Source of the DNA: Methanosarcinales archaeon
Lineage (GTDB): Archaea; Halobacteriota; Methanosarcinia; Methanosarcinales; Methanocomedenaceae
NCBI GenBank assembly: GCA_021108405.1
Contig: JAIOQW010000228.1
Coordinates: 1-63,565 of the forward strand
Direction: 5' to 3'
Length of the DNA stretch: 63,565 nucleotides
In this document: in pieces, positions 9,004-19,546 of the stretch
Layout of the letters: every line of letters begins with the position of its first letter
How positions within the stretch are numbered: the stretch's first letter is position 1
The notes under the pieces: model-generated
What the model saw: the letters and a program-made list of their open reading frames with translations, nothing else
Databases searched by the model: none
Told to the model about the DNA's origin: nothing
Position numbers and translations under genes: made by a program

Positions 9004-9867
9004 CTATATGTAGGTTGTGGTAAGTTCTATCTCAACATCATATATCTTCTGTGGATTATCCTTGTGGATCTTCCAAAATACTTCCGAACCCCACTGTTTA
9101 GATAGTGCAAGACTCTTACGAGGTACGGTTTTAGGACCTAATACCGAACCCGGACGCTGGGGGTCATCTATATAATCTGTCTCCATCACGAACCTATCAC
9201 CCTGAAGAAGTGCTTCTTCGATCATACCTTTACCAGTCAATACTCCTGGCCACAACCCGCAATCCGCAAATTCTTTTATCATAGGTGATGAAAAATGTTT
9301 CACTACCTTTTGCGGAGCTAGACCAACTGCCTTTGCCATATCAGCAATCTCTTTAATACCTTCTTGTGTAGCGCTCTCAGTATGCAACTGAAGAGCACAT
9401 CCCGCTTCTTTAGTCAGTACCATAGCATATGATAATATCTCATTGGATGCATCCCATATACCAGTCTCAACATCATAATGAGGTCGGCCTGATTTCAATC
9501 CTACGGCCAGACCTTCTTTTACATATGTAGCTGCTATCTCCAGTCCTGCTTTCATCAGTTCTATAGTTCTCTTTAGTCCTACTCTGTCATACATATTGGT
9601 AATTGCAGCGGGATGGACTCCCAGTACAGGAAAGGCAGTAACACCCACTTGTGCCACATCATTAGCCATCTTAACAGTTTCATCAAATACCTTACGGTAA
9701 TCATCAGGATGATTAATAGTAACACCAATGGTCCATGAAGGTTTTGAAACCAGGAATATATGTGTGCCGCCAGCGCGCTGAAATGCTCGTGCAGCTTCAA
9801 CCCCCTGGCACCGGGGGTCCAAATGCATATGATGATCTGTTATTGGAAAAAATGAGTTTTTATTCAA
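9004..9867 (-). CDS. TatD-related metal-dependent hydrolase
   Basis: N-terminal ITDHHMHLDP metal-binding motif, later LQLHTE and METDY. The size and layout fit archaeal TatD-family hydrolases. Confidence 0.6.
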   Translation of the reverse strand: MNKNSFFPITDHHMHLDPRCQGVEAARAFQRAGGTHIFLVSKPSWTIGVTINHPDDYRKVFDETVKMANDVAQVGVTAFPVLGVHPAAITNMYDRVGLKRTIELMKAGLEIAATYVKEGLAVGLKSGRPHYDVETGIWDASNEILSYAMVLTKEAGCALQLHTESATQEGIKEIADMAKAVGLAPQKVVKHFSSPMIKEFADCGLWPGVLTGKGMIEEALLQGDRFVMETDYIDDPQRPGSVLGPKTVPRKSLALSKQWGSEVFWKIHKDNPQKIYDVEIELTTTYI

Positions 9868-10430
9868 ATCAGTCCCAGACCGTCCAGTTCTTCAACAATC
9901 TTATCTACTGCCGCACCTGCATCGTCGGTCTTCTTTCCACCAGTGACCACAAGTTTGCCTGAACCGAATAGAAGCATTACTACTTTCGGTACTGCGAGCC
10001 TGTATACCAATCCAGGGAACTGCTCTGGCTCATATTCAATATTTTCAAGTCCCAGCCCAATAGCAATAGCATTCAGATTGAGCACAGTGCCCAGATCAGC
10101 AGATGCCACGATATTCTGGACAATGATAACCGGGTCGTCCATGACTTCAATACCCATATCCCGTAGTTCATTAAATACCTTTTTCAGACCGTTATGGACG
10201 TCGTCTATACTTTTTGCTCCAGTACATACGATCTTGCCGCTTCCGAAAATAAGAGCAGCCGTTTTTGGGTTTTTTGTTCTATATACTACACCCGGGAACC
10301 GTGCTTTATTATAGTCAGCCCCCTCTAACTGTGCAGTGATCTTAGGAAGGTCGAGTGTTGTGCCAATGGCTGTCGAAGCAACCACATTCTCGATCTTAAT
10401 TGTTTTCTTTGGATCATCAAATTTTGACAT
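9864..10430 (-). CDS. tbp: TATA-box binding protein
   Basis: Two direct repeats (IENVVAST...FPGVVYR...LIFGSGKIVCTGAKS and VQNIVASA...FPGLVYR...LLFGSGKLVVTGGKK) in 188 aa. Confidence 0.95.
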   Translation of the reverse strand: MSKFDDPKKTIKIENVVASTAIGTTLDLPKITAQLEGADYNKARFPGVVYRTKNPKTAALIFGSGKIVCTGAKSIDDVHNGLKKVFNELRDMGIEVMDDPVIIVQNIVASADLGTVLNLNAIAIGLGLENIEYEPEQFPGLVYRLAVPKVVMLLFGSGKLVVTGGKKTDDAGAAVDKIVEELDGLGLI

Positions 10431-10500
10431 TATTAATCACTATCGTCTTATGGGCATTTAAACCTTTATATAGTTTGTTTAGCATATTTTATAATAATCA

Positions 10501-11190
10501 ATGTCAGAAATTTCAAATAATAATAATATTTTAAACATCCGGCTTCATAATTCAGCAAAGATCTATGGCCAGACGAAGATAGGGGATGGCAGTATCATAC
10601 TTGAGAATGTTATGCTAGGTTACCCTGACAGAACACTGCTCAAGGAAATATTTGCCCGGAACCTGTCAGTTGAAGAATATGAATATCAGGGCACTGTATT
10701 AGGAAAAAATTGTGTGATTAGATCCAATACTGCTATTTATTGCAGGGTCAAGACAAAAGACGGATGTCAGACCGGACATAATGCACTGATACGCGAAGAT
10801 ACTGAAATCGGCAGCAATGTACTGATCGGGACCAATACGATAATTGACGGAAATGTCACAATAGGCAACAATGTCAGTATTCAAAGCCGTGCATATATAC
10901 CTACTAATACGAACATAGGTGACAATGTTTTTATTGGGCCCTGTACTGTATGTACAAATGATAAATATCCTATTCGAAGAGATACCGGGTTACATGGCCC
11001 TAATATATGTTCCAATGTGTCTATTGGTGCAAATGCTACTATCTTACCCGGAATAGAGATTAAAGAAGGTGCAATGGTAGCAGCAGGTGCCCTTGTGACC
11101 AGGGATGTCCCTGCATGGAAAATGGCAATAGGAGTCCCGGCAAGGATTGCAGATCTCCCGGAAGGATTAAGAACAGTGAATAATATTTAA
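10501..11190 (+). CDS. Hexapeptide-repeat (left-handed beta-helix) acyl/acetyltransferase
   Basis: Repeated [LIV]G.N..I hexapeptides (IGSNVLIGTNTIIDGNVTIGNNVSIQ..., IGANATILPGIEI). It lies next to a sugar aminotransferase. Confidence 0.75.
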   Translation: MSEISNNNNILNIRLHNSAKIYGQTKIGDGSIILENVMLGYPDRTLLKEIFARNLSVEEYEYQGTVLGKNCVIRSNTAIYCRVKTKDGCQTGHNALIREDTEIGSNVLIGTNTIIDGNVTIGNNVSIQSRAYIPTNTNIGDNVFIGPCTVCTNDKYPIRRDTGLHGPNICSNVSIGANATILPGIEIKEGAMVAAGALVTRDVPAWKMAIGVPARIADLPEGLRTVNNI

Positions 11191-11210
11191 TATTTAGGGA
11201 AATCAATACC

Positions 11211-12299
11211 ATGATCCATATCGCTAAACCGTTAATAGGGCATAAAGAGATAAGTGCAGTTAATGAAGTATTAAAATCAGGGATAATTGCCCAGGGGCCG
11301 AAAGTCGGTCAATTTGAACATGAATTTGCCGAATATATAGGCACAGATTATGCTGTAGCAGTAAATTCCGGGACTTCTGCACTTTATACCTCACTCCTCG
11401 CACATAACATTGGAAAGGGAGATGAGGTGATAACAACACCATTTTCCTTTATTGCGACAGCCAATATGATACTGGCAGTAGGGGCCGTACCGGTATTTGC
11501 TGATATTGTAGATGATAGTTTCAATATCTCGCCGGATTCAATACTTGAAAATATCACTCCGAAGACCAGGGCTATTATACCAGTCCACCTTTATGGGCAT
11601 CCTGCCCGAATGGATGAAATCATGAAGATCGCAGATGATCGTGATATATCTGTGATCGAGGATGCCTGCCAGGCTCACGGTGCTGTATATCACGGACGTA
11701 AAGCAGGAGCTATCTCAACAGGTACATTTAGCTTTTATCCCACAAAGAATATGACCACAAGTGAGGGAGGGATGGTAACAACTAACGATAAAACAGTTGC
11801 TGATAAGATCAAGATGATACGAAATCATGGTTCGAATGAACAATATATTCATGAGATATTCGGAGATAACCTGAGAATGACAGATATTGCGGCTGCAATA
11901 GGAATTGAACAGTTGAAAAAGCTTGATGGGTTCAATAAGGCCAGGCAGGAAAATGCCCGTGTATTAAATAAGCTGCTACAAGGAATTGATGGAATAATAA
12001 CACCTTCGACATCAGAAAATAATATTCATGTTTTTCATCAATATACCATCCGGGTGACTAGGCAATTCCCAATTACCAGGGATGAATTGCGTGTACATCT
12101 GACAGAGAAAGGGATCGGTACTGGTGTATATTATCCTGTACCAATACCCAAGCAGCCCTTTTATCAAACCCTCGGATATACTTCTACAATCCCTGTTGCG
12201 CAAAGGGCAGCAAGTGAAGTACTCTCACTACCTGTTCACCCAGGACTAACTGAAGATGATGTTTTGACCATAGCTGCTGCAATACAAAATGCTCACTAA
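11211..12299 (+). CDS. DegT/DnrJ/EryC1/StrS-family PLP-dependent sugar aminotransferase
   Basis: VNSGTSALYTSL, EDACQAHGA and SFYPTKNMTTSEGGMV (PLP lysine context), in a 362-aa protein. Confidence 0.85.
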   Translation: MIHIAKPLIGHKEISAVNEVLKSGIIAQGPKVGQFEHEFAEYIGTDYAVAVNSGTSALYTSLLAHNIGKGDEVITTPFSFIATANMILAVGAVPVFADIVDDSFNISPDSILENITPKTRAIIPVHLYGHPARMDEIMKIADDRDISVIEDACQAHGAVYHGRKAGAISTGTFSFYPTKNMTTSEGGMVTTNDKTVADKIKMIRNHGSNEQYIHEIFGDNLRMTDIAAAIGIEQLKKLDGFNKARQENARVLNKLLQGIDGIITPSTSENNIHVFHQYTIRVTRQFPITRDELRVHLTEKGIGTGVYYPVPIPKQPFYQTLGYTSTIPVAQRAASEVLSLPVHPGLTEDDVLTIAAAIQNAH

Positions 12300-13207
12300 C
12301 AATTCCCCTTCATATGATCAATCAAACTGATAAGACCATTTTGTATATCTACCTCTGTCTTCCACCACTGCGAGATTATCGTAATATCAGCAGATGAGAA
12401 CCTGACATCTCCTTCTCTGACGTCCGCATGGATCACATTGGATCGGGACCCTGTTATTTCAAGAATTATCTTAACAACTTGATTAATAGTAATAGATAAT
12501 CCGGAGGCTGCATTAAATACACCACCATCCCCGTGTGTCATCATTACTTCATTTGCATGCACAATATCGCTTACATAAATAAAATCACGAGTCTGGTCTC
12601 CATCCCCGTAAATAATAATATCTTCTCCTAAAAGTGCTTTTTTAATAAATATCGGTATGGCAGAAGCATATGGTGAATTAGGGTCCTGCCTGGGCCCGTA
12701 AACATTGAAGTACCGTAACACTGCAGTGGAGAGACCGTGATAATTAAAAAAAATCCGGGCCAGGTATTCACAATCAATTTTAGTAACAGCATATGGTGAT
12801 TCGGGAACCGGTGCCATACCCTCATGTTTAGGCAAGACCGGATCATTTCCGTAAACGGCTGCAGATGATGCAATTATCACCTTTTTTACACCTGCGTCTT
12901 TGGCTGATTCCAGTACATTCAATGTTCCCAGAGTATTGACCTTAATAGTACCATATGGGTCTTTCATACTAAGAGGAACTGATATCAGGGCAGCTTCATG
13001 AAAGACATAGTCCATGTCCTGCATAATGCTATCCAGAAGTTCTTTATTGCGGATATCACCTTTTATTGTAATGCATCTATCCTGATCGATATTTTGTAGT
13101 TTCCCGGTACTAAAATTGTCCAGTATAAATACTTTATTTTCCTTAGAGAAATGGTCAGCCAGGTGTGACCCAATAAAACCGGCGCCGCCTGTTATCAATA
13201 TATTCAA
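12296..13207 (-). CDS. NAD-dependent sugar epimerase/dehydratase (SDR family)
   Basis: ILITGGAGFIGSHL Rossmann motif and YAVTK (YxxxK) catalytic motif. Confidence 0.85.
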   Translation of the reverse strand: MNILITGGAGFIGSHLADHFSKENKVFILDNFSTGKLQNIDQDRCITIKGDIRNKELLDSIMQDMDYVFHEAALISVPLSMKDPYGTIKVNTLGTLNVLESAKDAGVKKVIIASSAAVYGNDPVLPKHEGMAPVPESPYAVTKIDCEYLARIFFNYHGLSTAVLRYFNVYGPRQDPNSPYASAIPIFIKKALLGEDIIIYGDGDQTRDFIYVSDIVHANEVMMTHGDGGVFNAASGLSITINQVVKIILEITGSRSNVIHADVREGDVRFSSADITIISQWWKTEVDIQNGLISLIDHMKGNC

Positions 13208-13236
13208 TTTATTTCACCCTGTTATTATACACGACA

Positions 13237-13318
13237 CACTATCATTTTCCAGTTATTTTTCAGACACGGATTTAATAATCCTCTATTGAAATAACTGGTT
13301 TTTAGGATAGTGCCATTA
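13237..13318 (+). repeat. Intergenic repeat modules X (13237-13274) and Y (13275-13318)
   Basis: X (cactatcattttccagttatttttcagacacggattta) recurs at 24454-24493 and, reverse-complemented, inside 35007-35084 and 41955-42052. Y (ataatcctctattgaaataactggtttttaggatagtgcca) recurs at 19901-19950. Confidence 0.8.
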
Positions 13319-13387
13319 TACACAAATAAATTAATTTTAATTATATATATACTACTCTGCAAGTGTAATTTGGAATTCTATATAACT

Positions 13388-13437
13388 GCCGCCGATTAAG
13401 GAGGGAACGGGTAACTGCTCCCTCCTTAATCGGTGGC
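13388..13437. repeat. Strong isolated hairpin (19-bp stem with one G-T pair, 12-nt loop) in a divergent intergenic region
   Basis: gccgccgattaaggaggga / acgggtaactgc / tccctccttaatcggtggc. Confidence 0.8.
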
Positions 13438-13584
13438 AAAAAATTACAAAAATAGATACGGTTTAGTATAACATTGTATTCCAGACTCTTTCCAGCGAAG
13501 CGTAGATTAATATTACAAGAACCACATCAGAATAAACTTGAATCATTTAATGTTCAAACATAACACCATACTCAAGGTGAGTCC

Positions 13585-14892
13585 ATGGAATTCAGACGAA
13601 CTCATTACACAACTCAAATAACACCCCAAATGGATACACAGACTGCACGTCTTGCAGGCTGGGTCCATGAGATACGCGACCTGGGAGGTATCATGTTCTT
13701 GATACTTAGAGATCGGGAAGGCTTAACCCAGGTAACATTATTTAAAAAGACCATTGATCCTGATGTCCTGCAAATTGCCAAATCCTTAAGTCGTGAATCA
13801 GTGATCACCATAGAAGGTGTGGTTAAAAAAGAACCAAAAGCACCAAACGGTTACGAGCTTATACCTACACAGATTGATATACTCAATCCTGCACAATCTC
13901 CACTTCCCATGGATACTACTGGTAAAGTAGATGCGGAACTCGACACCAGGCTGGATAACCGGTTCATGGATGTACGCCGTCCGAAGACACAGGCAGTATT
14001 TCGCATTAGACATCATATGCTTTCTGCAGTAAGAGGGTTTTTAGAACAGGAAGGGTTTATTGAGATAACCACGCCCAAGGTAGTAGCGACTGCCACAGAA
14101 GGAGGAACAGCTCTGTTCCCTATCACATATTTTGATACAGAGGCTTTCTTAAATCAAAGTCCGCAGCTCTTTAAGCAGATCATGATGAGCGGGGGCATGG
14201 ATCGTGTATTTGAGATTGGAGCTATTTTCAGGGCAGAAGAACACGATACTCGCAGACATCTTAATGAAGCTACCAGTATAGATGTTGAAGCCAGTTTTGT
14301 TGATCATGAGGATGTAATGCAGGTACTGGAACGGCTGGTAGCTCATGTATACTTAACAGTATCAGAGGATGCGGCCTCAAGTCTTAACACTCTGGGTATA
14401 GAGTTAAATATCCCTGAATTACCATTTAAGCGTCTAACTTATGATGAGGCAATTGAGGTTAATAACGAGCATTCTAAAGAACTGCTGGAATGGGGCGATG
14501 ACCTGTCAACCAATGCTGAAAAGGTTATAGGTGAGGTTATAGGTGCACACTACTTTATTAAGGACTGGCCTACAGAGATAAAGCCCTATTATACTCAACC
14601 GTATGAGGATGAACCTGTTATTACCAAAGCTTTTGATCTTATGCATCCCAGAATGGAATTGTCCTCAGGTGCACAGCGAATACATGACTATGATCTGTTG
14701 CGTAAGCGCATTCAGGACCAGGGGCTAAACCCGGATGGTTTTGAATTCTACTTAAAAGCATTCAGATATGGCATTCCGCCTCATTCCGGTTGGGGACTGG
14801 GTGCGGAAAGACTGCTGATGACTATGCTGGATGTAGACAATATAAGAGATGTAGTGCTGTTCCCAAGGGATAGAAAAAGAGTATCTCCGTAA
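13585..14892 (+). CDS. aspS: Aspartate--tRNA ligase, archaeal/eukaryotic type
   Basis: N-terminal OB fold ([22 protein letters not shown]), class II motifs [14 protein letters not shown] and GWGLGAERL, in a 435-aa protein. Confidence 0.95.
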   Translation: MEFRRTHYTTQITPQMDTQTARLAGWVHEIRDLGGIMFLILRDREGLTQVTLFKKTIDPDVLQIAKSLSRESVITIEGVVKKEPKAPNGYELIPTQIDILNPAQSPLPMDTTGKVDAELDTRLDNRFMDVRRPKTQAVFRIRHHMLSAVRGFLEQEGFIEITTPKVVATATEGGTALFPITYFDTEAFLNQSPQLFKQIMMSGGMDRVFEIGAIFRAEEHDTRRHLNEATSIDVEASFVDHEDVMQVLERLVAHVYLTVSEDAASSLNTLGIELNIPELPFKRLTYDEAIEVNNEHSKELLEWGDDLSTNAEKVIGEVIGAHYFIKDWPTEIKPYYTQPYEDEPVITKAFDLMHPRMELSSGAQRIHDYDLLRKRIQDQGLNPDGFEFYLKAFRYGIPPHSGWGLGAERLLMTMLDVDNIRDVVLFPRDRKRVSP

Positions 14893-14963
14893 TTACCAAA
14901 AAATATTTGACTAACCTGCCCCACATATAATATATATATAAGGCTTAATATTGAGGGGATACT

Positions 14964-15506
14964 ATGATCAGTGAAAATAGGGATATTCTACTTGAACGTC
15001 TGGAGCAGCAACTGGCTGCAAAAGAAAATGATATCAATGAACTTCGTAGTTCTCTTAAGGATTCAATAATTGATGAACTTCGAGACGGTATGAAAGAAGA
15101 CCTTGACTTTGATAGAAGAATATCTTATCTTGAGAGAAAGATTAAAGAGACGAATATTGCTTATAACGGTGTCATGAAGGAACTGCTTGATCAAAAGACT
15201 GTGATCCTGGATCTGAAGAATCAGCATCTGAAAACAGATAATGATATAGTAAAGACCAATACAGAGAAGCCGTCTATGGAAGAGAAGAGACAAAATAAAA
15301 AAACGCCATTCATTATTGCCAATAGTGATGAGAACAAGACTCCTCCGGATAATAGGAAAAAGAACAGATCTAATTTTAATACAGATCGTGATGATACAGG
15401 TGATATAATTATTGCAGACCACCCGGTGTCAAAACCAGGTAGTAAAGGTAAGGTCATTGTAGAAGCCAGAGAAGATGAGGATGTTGTAATAGAATATAGA
15501 AAATAG
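14964..15506 (+). CDS. Coiled-coil, low-complexity (K/E/D/N-rich) protein of unknown function
   Basis: Heptad-like N-terminal half, then a basic/acidic low-complexity tail. It lies 89 bp upstream of smc on the same strand. Confidence 0.4.
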   Translation: MISENRDILLERLEQQLAAKENDINELRSSLKDSIIDELRDGMKEDLDFDRRISYLERKIKETNIAYNGVMKELLDQKTVILDLKNQHLKTDNDIVKTNTEKPSMEEKRQNKKTPFIIANSDENKTPPDNRKKNRSNFNTDRDDTGDIIIADHPVSKPGSKGKVIVEAREDEDVVIEYRK

Positions 15507-15595
15507 ATTATATATCATATATTATAAATAATCGAAAATAGACTTTCGTCATCTTTTTAGAGGTATATTATAATAACTTTGTATAGAGGTATTAG

Positions 15596-18500
15596 TTGCA
15601 TATAAAAGAAATTGAATTCCAGAATTTCAAATCATTTGGAAAGAAGATAAAAATACCTTTCTTTGACGGTTTTACTACGATCTCAGGTCCGAATGGAAGT
15701 GGTAAATCCAATATCGTTGATGGAATCCTTTTTTGTCTTGGTCTTTCCAGTTCAAGGACACTACGGGCTGAGAAACTAACAGACCTGATATATAACGGGG
15801 ATAATGCAAAAAAACCTGATTTTGCCCGGGTTACTATACGATTTGATAACTCTGATCGCGAGATGCCTGTTGATCTGGATGAAGTGAATATTACCAGGAA
15901 GATCCGGCAGACTGAATCAGGATATTATAGTTATTATTATTTTAATGACAAGGCCGTTACTCTGGGTGATATTCATACTCATCTTGCCAAGGCCAGGATC
16001 ACACCTGAAGGATATAATGTGGTTATGCAGGGAGATGTTACACGGATCACTGAAATGACTCCTACTGAGAGGCGTAAGATCATTGATGAGATAGCTGGTG
16101 TGGCAGAATTCGATCATAAGAAAGACCAGGCAATGAATGAACTGGAGATTGTCAGAGAGCGTATTGAACGAGTAGACATTATATTGGAAGAAGTGGATAT
16201 CCAGCGTGATAAACTACAAAAAGAGCGGGACCAGGCTCTAAAATATCAGGGCTTAATAGAGGAAAGGACACGGTTTGAGGGATATGTCCTGCATTCTAAG
16301 CTTAACAATGCTAACAAGGAACTTGAAAAGATCATTCAACATATCAATTCTTTATTAGACGCAGGGTCGGACCTTGAAGCACTTCTTTTATCAAAAAGAA
16401 AGAAGATGAGTGAACTTGAATCCGAACTGGAACAAATGAACCGGCAGATCACCAGGATGGGAGAGGATGAACAGATATCTATCAAGCGACAGATCGAGGA
16501 GATCAAAGGCGAGATATCGCTGGGTAATAATACTATTACTCTTACTGAATCAGAAATTACTGATATAGACTCCCAGCGCAGGAGAGGACTGGTCGAGATC
16601 GATAATATTAAAGAGAAGATAGCAGAGCTGGTCTCAAAAGTGCAGGAAGAGCATATTCATAAAGAAGGTGTCAATAGCGAAATGGAAGATCAGCGCACCG
16701 GACTGCTGGTACTGCGCTCAAAGATCGCCGAAGTAGATTCAAAGTTCGTGCAGACCCGCGATGAGCTGACTTTAATAAAAAATGACTTAGAAGATGCCCG
16801 CAACCGCAAGAACGAGTTGATGCGCAATGAAGACCGCATACTGGATGCTATGAGGCGGCGTAGTGCTGAAATAAGGGATATTGAAGATGAGATTACCCAA
16901 TCAAGATCAAAAATAAAATCTGCTGATGATGATAGAGAAGATGCGACCCTTGAAATGCAGGCACTTGAGCAGCAGATCAAGGAACTGGAAAAAGATAATG
17001 ATGATCTGGAGTCTAATCGCTCCCAATTAAAAGGAGTACTTAAGGACTTAGACGATACACTACGGGAATTACAGCAACAGTATATGAAAGCCCAGGCCAG
17101 GATCAGAGCTGCTAAGGAAATTTCCGGATACAGTGGTGCGGTTGAAAAAATATTAAAAGCCAGGGAGTACAGGGAACTCCCGGGGATATATGGTACAATT
17201 GCACAGCTTGGAAAGGTTGATCAAAAATATGCAACAGCACTGGGAATTGCTGCAGGCGGGCGCATGCAAAGTATTGTTGTGGATACTGACGAAGACGGGG
17301 CCCGGGCTATTCAATTTCTTAAAAACCGGCGCTATGGCAGGGCTACTTTTTTACCGTTAAATAAGATAGTAGGTTCATCCGGTTATCGTGACATTTCAGA
17401 TATGGTTGGTGTGATCGATTATGCAATAAACCTGGTTGAATTTGGAGACAAATTCGAACGTGTGTTCCATTATGTGTTCAGGGACACACTTGTAGTAGAA
17501 GATATGGATGCTGCCAGGCGATTAATGGGTGGGCTGCGGATGGTAACACTCGAGGGTGAACTGGTAGAGAAGAGCGGAGCTATGACAGGCGGCAGTCGTG
17601 CAAGAAGCGTCCTGTCATTTGCTGATTCACAAGAGGATAAAATAACTGGTTTAGCAGAGCAGATCACAGAGTATGAGTCAAGACGCAGTACGCTTATCAA
17701 TCAAACAGATACTACCGAGAGACATATATCTACTCTACAAAAAGAGATCAGGGATATTGAGACAAATATTGCAAAAAAACAAATGGAGATCTCAGAGATC
17801 AACAGCCGGGGTGAGAGGCTCACCAGTCTTATCACCCAGAAAGAAGTTGAACTTAAAGAAAAAGAAGAAGGTAAAGGTAAGCTTCGTATTGAGATGGAAA
17901 GTATAGATGATGATAAACAGGCAATAGAGAGCGAGATTACCGGGCTCACAGTGAAAGCCCAAGAACTGGAGGAGCTGCTTAAGGGTTCGGAGGTGCCTGA
18001 ATTAAATGAACAGGCACAGCATATCGAGGACGAGATCAAAAGACTGGAAATGCGTATAAGGGATATTGATGCAAATATCAATGCCATTAATACCGAATCA
18101 AGTTATGCTGGTGATAAAAATGAACAGACCATGACCAGAATTACAGAACTTGATACCAGGAAGCAGGAATTGAAACAGAAGATCGAGCAGCTTACTACCA
18201 GGATCAATGAACTGGAATCAGGTCTCAATGAAAAATTAATGCGTGAGCAGGAACTGGATAAGGATCTAGCTGATATGCGTAAATGTCGTGAGGATCTTAG
18301 CAAGGAATATACAAAAATCCAAAAACAATACAATGAGACCAAAACCCAACAGGAGAGTTCACAGCGTCAGATGATCGCACTAACAGCTACCAGGGATGCA
18401 CTTATTGAACAAATATCTGAATTTACGACCGAGCTGGAAAAAAGAGGAGTGGATATGAGCGATGAGGTACCGGGCCTGGAAGAGGTACAAATAAGGATTG

Positions 18501-19117
18501 ATTCTATTAATAGGGCTATGGTTAAGCTTGAACCTGTAAATATGCGTTCTATTGATGAGTATGAAGAAGTTGAGCGCAGGAGTACTGATCTACGGGATCG
18601 TAGAGACATTTTACATCATGAGCGTAATGAGATACTGGTGCGGATCAAGAAGTATGAACAGATGAAGAAGCAGTCATTTATGGACTGTTTTGATGGTATT
18701 AATCTACATTTTACTGGTATTTTTGATGAACTCTCAGACGGACCCGGGGAACTGGTACTTGAGAACCCTGATGATCCTTTTGCAGGCGGACTTACCATTA
18801 AGGCACAACCCAGGGATAAGACCCTGCAGCGTATGGAAGCTATGAGTGGAGGAGAGAAGAGTCTGACCGCACTGGCTTTTATCTTTGCTATACAGGGGTA
18901 TAGACCTGCACCGTTCTATGCATTTGATGAGATAGATATGTTCCTTGATGGTGTTAATGCCGAGAGGGTGGCGCAAAGATTAAAAAAGGCAAATGAGTAT
19001 GCCCAGTTCATTGTGGTTAGTCTGCGTAAACCCATGATCCAGGCTGCTGAGCGGACTATTGGTGTGGCTATGCAGGATGGGGATATTAGTAGTATTACCG
19101 GGGTTAGGTTGAATTAA
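15596..19117 (+). CDS. smc: Chromosome segregation protein SMC (TTG start as called by the track)
   Basis: Walker A GPNGSGKSN, long coiled coils, a hinge (GIAAGGRMQSIVV), signature LSGGEKSLTALAFIFA and Walker B FYAFDEIDMFLD. Confidence 0.95.
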   Translation: MHIKEIEFQNFKSFGKKIKIPFFDGFTTISGPNGSGKSNIVDGILFCLGLSSSRTLRAEKLTDLIYNGDNAKKPDFARVTIRFDNSDREMPVDLDEVNITRKIRQTESGYYSYYYFNDKAVTLGDIHTHLAKARITPEGYNVVMQGDVTRITEMTPTERRKIIDEIAGVAEFDHKKDQAMNELEIVRERIERVDIILEEVDIQRDKLQKERDQALKYQGLIEERTRFEGYVLHSKLNNANKELEKIIQHINSLLDAGSDLEALLLSKRKKMSELESELEQMNRQITRMGEDEQISIKRQIEEIKGEISLGNNTITLTESEITDIDSQRRRGLVEIDNIKEKIAELVSKVQEEHIHKEGVNSEMEDQRTGLLVLRSKIAEVDSKFVQTRDELTLIKNDLEDARNRKNELMRNEDRILDAMRRRSAEIRDIEDEITQSRSKIKSADDDREDATLEMQALEQQIKELEKDNDDLESNRSQLKGVLKDLDDTLRELQQQYMKAQARIRAAKEISGYSGAVEKILKAREYRELPGIYGTIAQLGKVDQKYATALGIAAGGRMQSIVVDTDEDGARAIQFLKNRRYGRATFLPLNKIVGSSGYRDISDMVGVIDYAINLVEFGDKFERVFHYVFRDTLVVEDMDAARRLMGGLRMVTLEGELVEKSGAMTGGSRARSVLSFADSQEDKITGLAEQITEYESRRSTLINQTDTTERHISTLQKEIRDIETNIAKKQMEISEINSRGERLTSLITQKEVELKEKEEGKGKLRIEMESIDDDKQAIESEITGLTVKAQELEELLKGSEVPELNEQAQHIEDEIKRLEMRIRDIDANINAINTESSYAGDKNEQTMTRITELDTRKQELKQKIEQLTTRINELESGLNEKLMREQELDKDLADMRKCREDLSKEYTKIQKQYNETKTQQESSQRQMIALTATRDALIEQISEFTTELEKRGVDMSDEVPGLEEVQIRIDSINRAMVKLEPVNMRSIDEYEEVERRSTDLRDRRDILHHERNEILVRIKKYEQMKKQSFMDCFDGINLHFTGIFDELSDGPGELVLENPDDPFAGGLTIKAQPRDKTLQRMEAMSGGEKSLTALAFIFAIQGYRPAPFYAFDEIDMFLDGVNAERVAQRLKKANEYAQFIVVSLRKPMIQAAERTIGVAMQDGDISSITGVRLN

Positions 19118-19118
19118 T

Positions 19119-19190
19119 AAAATCCTCGCTAGCGCTCGGATTTTATTGATTGAAGCTTCGAAGAAGCTGAAGATTATAAGATTCGTAGAA
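19119..19190 (+). repeat. H hairpin plus T-tract (putative smc terminator) followed by two further hairpin modules
   Basis: aaaatcctcgctagcgctcggatttt lies at 19119-19144, immediately after the smc stop. It is followed by tgaagcttcgaagaagctgaag and aagattcgtagaatctt. The block is the inverted counterpart of 3641-3697. Confidence 0.7.
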
Positions 19191-19546
19191 TCTTCGCCTG
19201 AGGCTCTATACTATGAAAATTAAGATTATTCTTTCCTCATTTTAGTAGGAGTAATGTTATTGTCAACTTATACAGCGATAGCAATAGCAGAGCCACCTTA
19301 AATTCTCACTACAACACAAAGGCTGCAGATTATAACTACGAATCAGTTTGCAGTTAAAACAAATTTTATGTGTCATAGTACTCATGGTATGATCTGATAA
19401 TCTTAACATAGACGTAACCACTGGCATTGGCAGTCAAATCTCTGGCAATGATATTAAAAAGTTCAAGAAGTACAATAAATTGGGACATATATATAATAAA
19501 AATTAATTCGGAAATTATTTATAAATAAAAGCAAATGTAAATAACC

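Noticed and set aside
16690-18976. A chain of Ser-rich minus-strand ORFs inside smc
   Set aside because: They are mirror frames of the Glu/Lys/Leu-rich coiled coil of SMC (GAA/GAG/AAG read backwards gives Ser/Phe/Leu). They are not genes.
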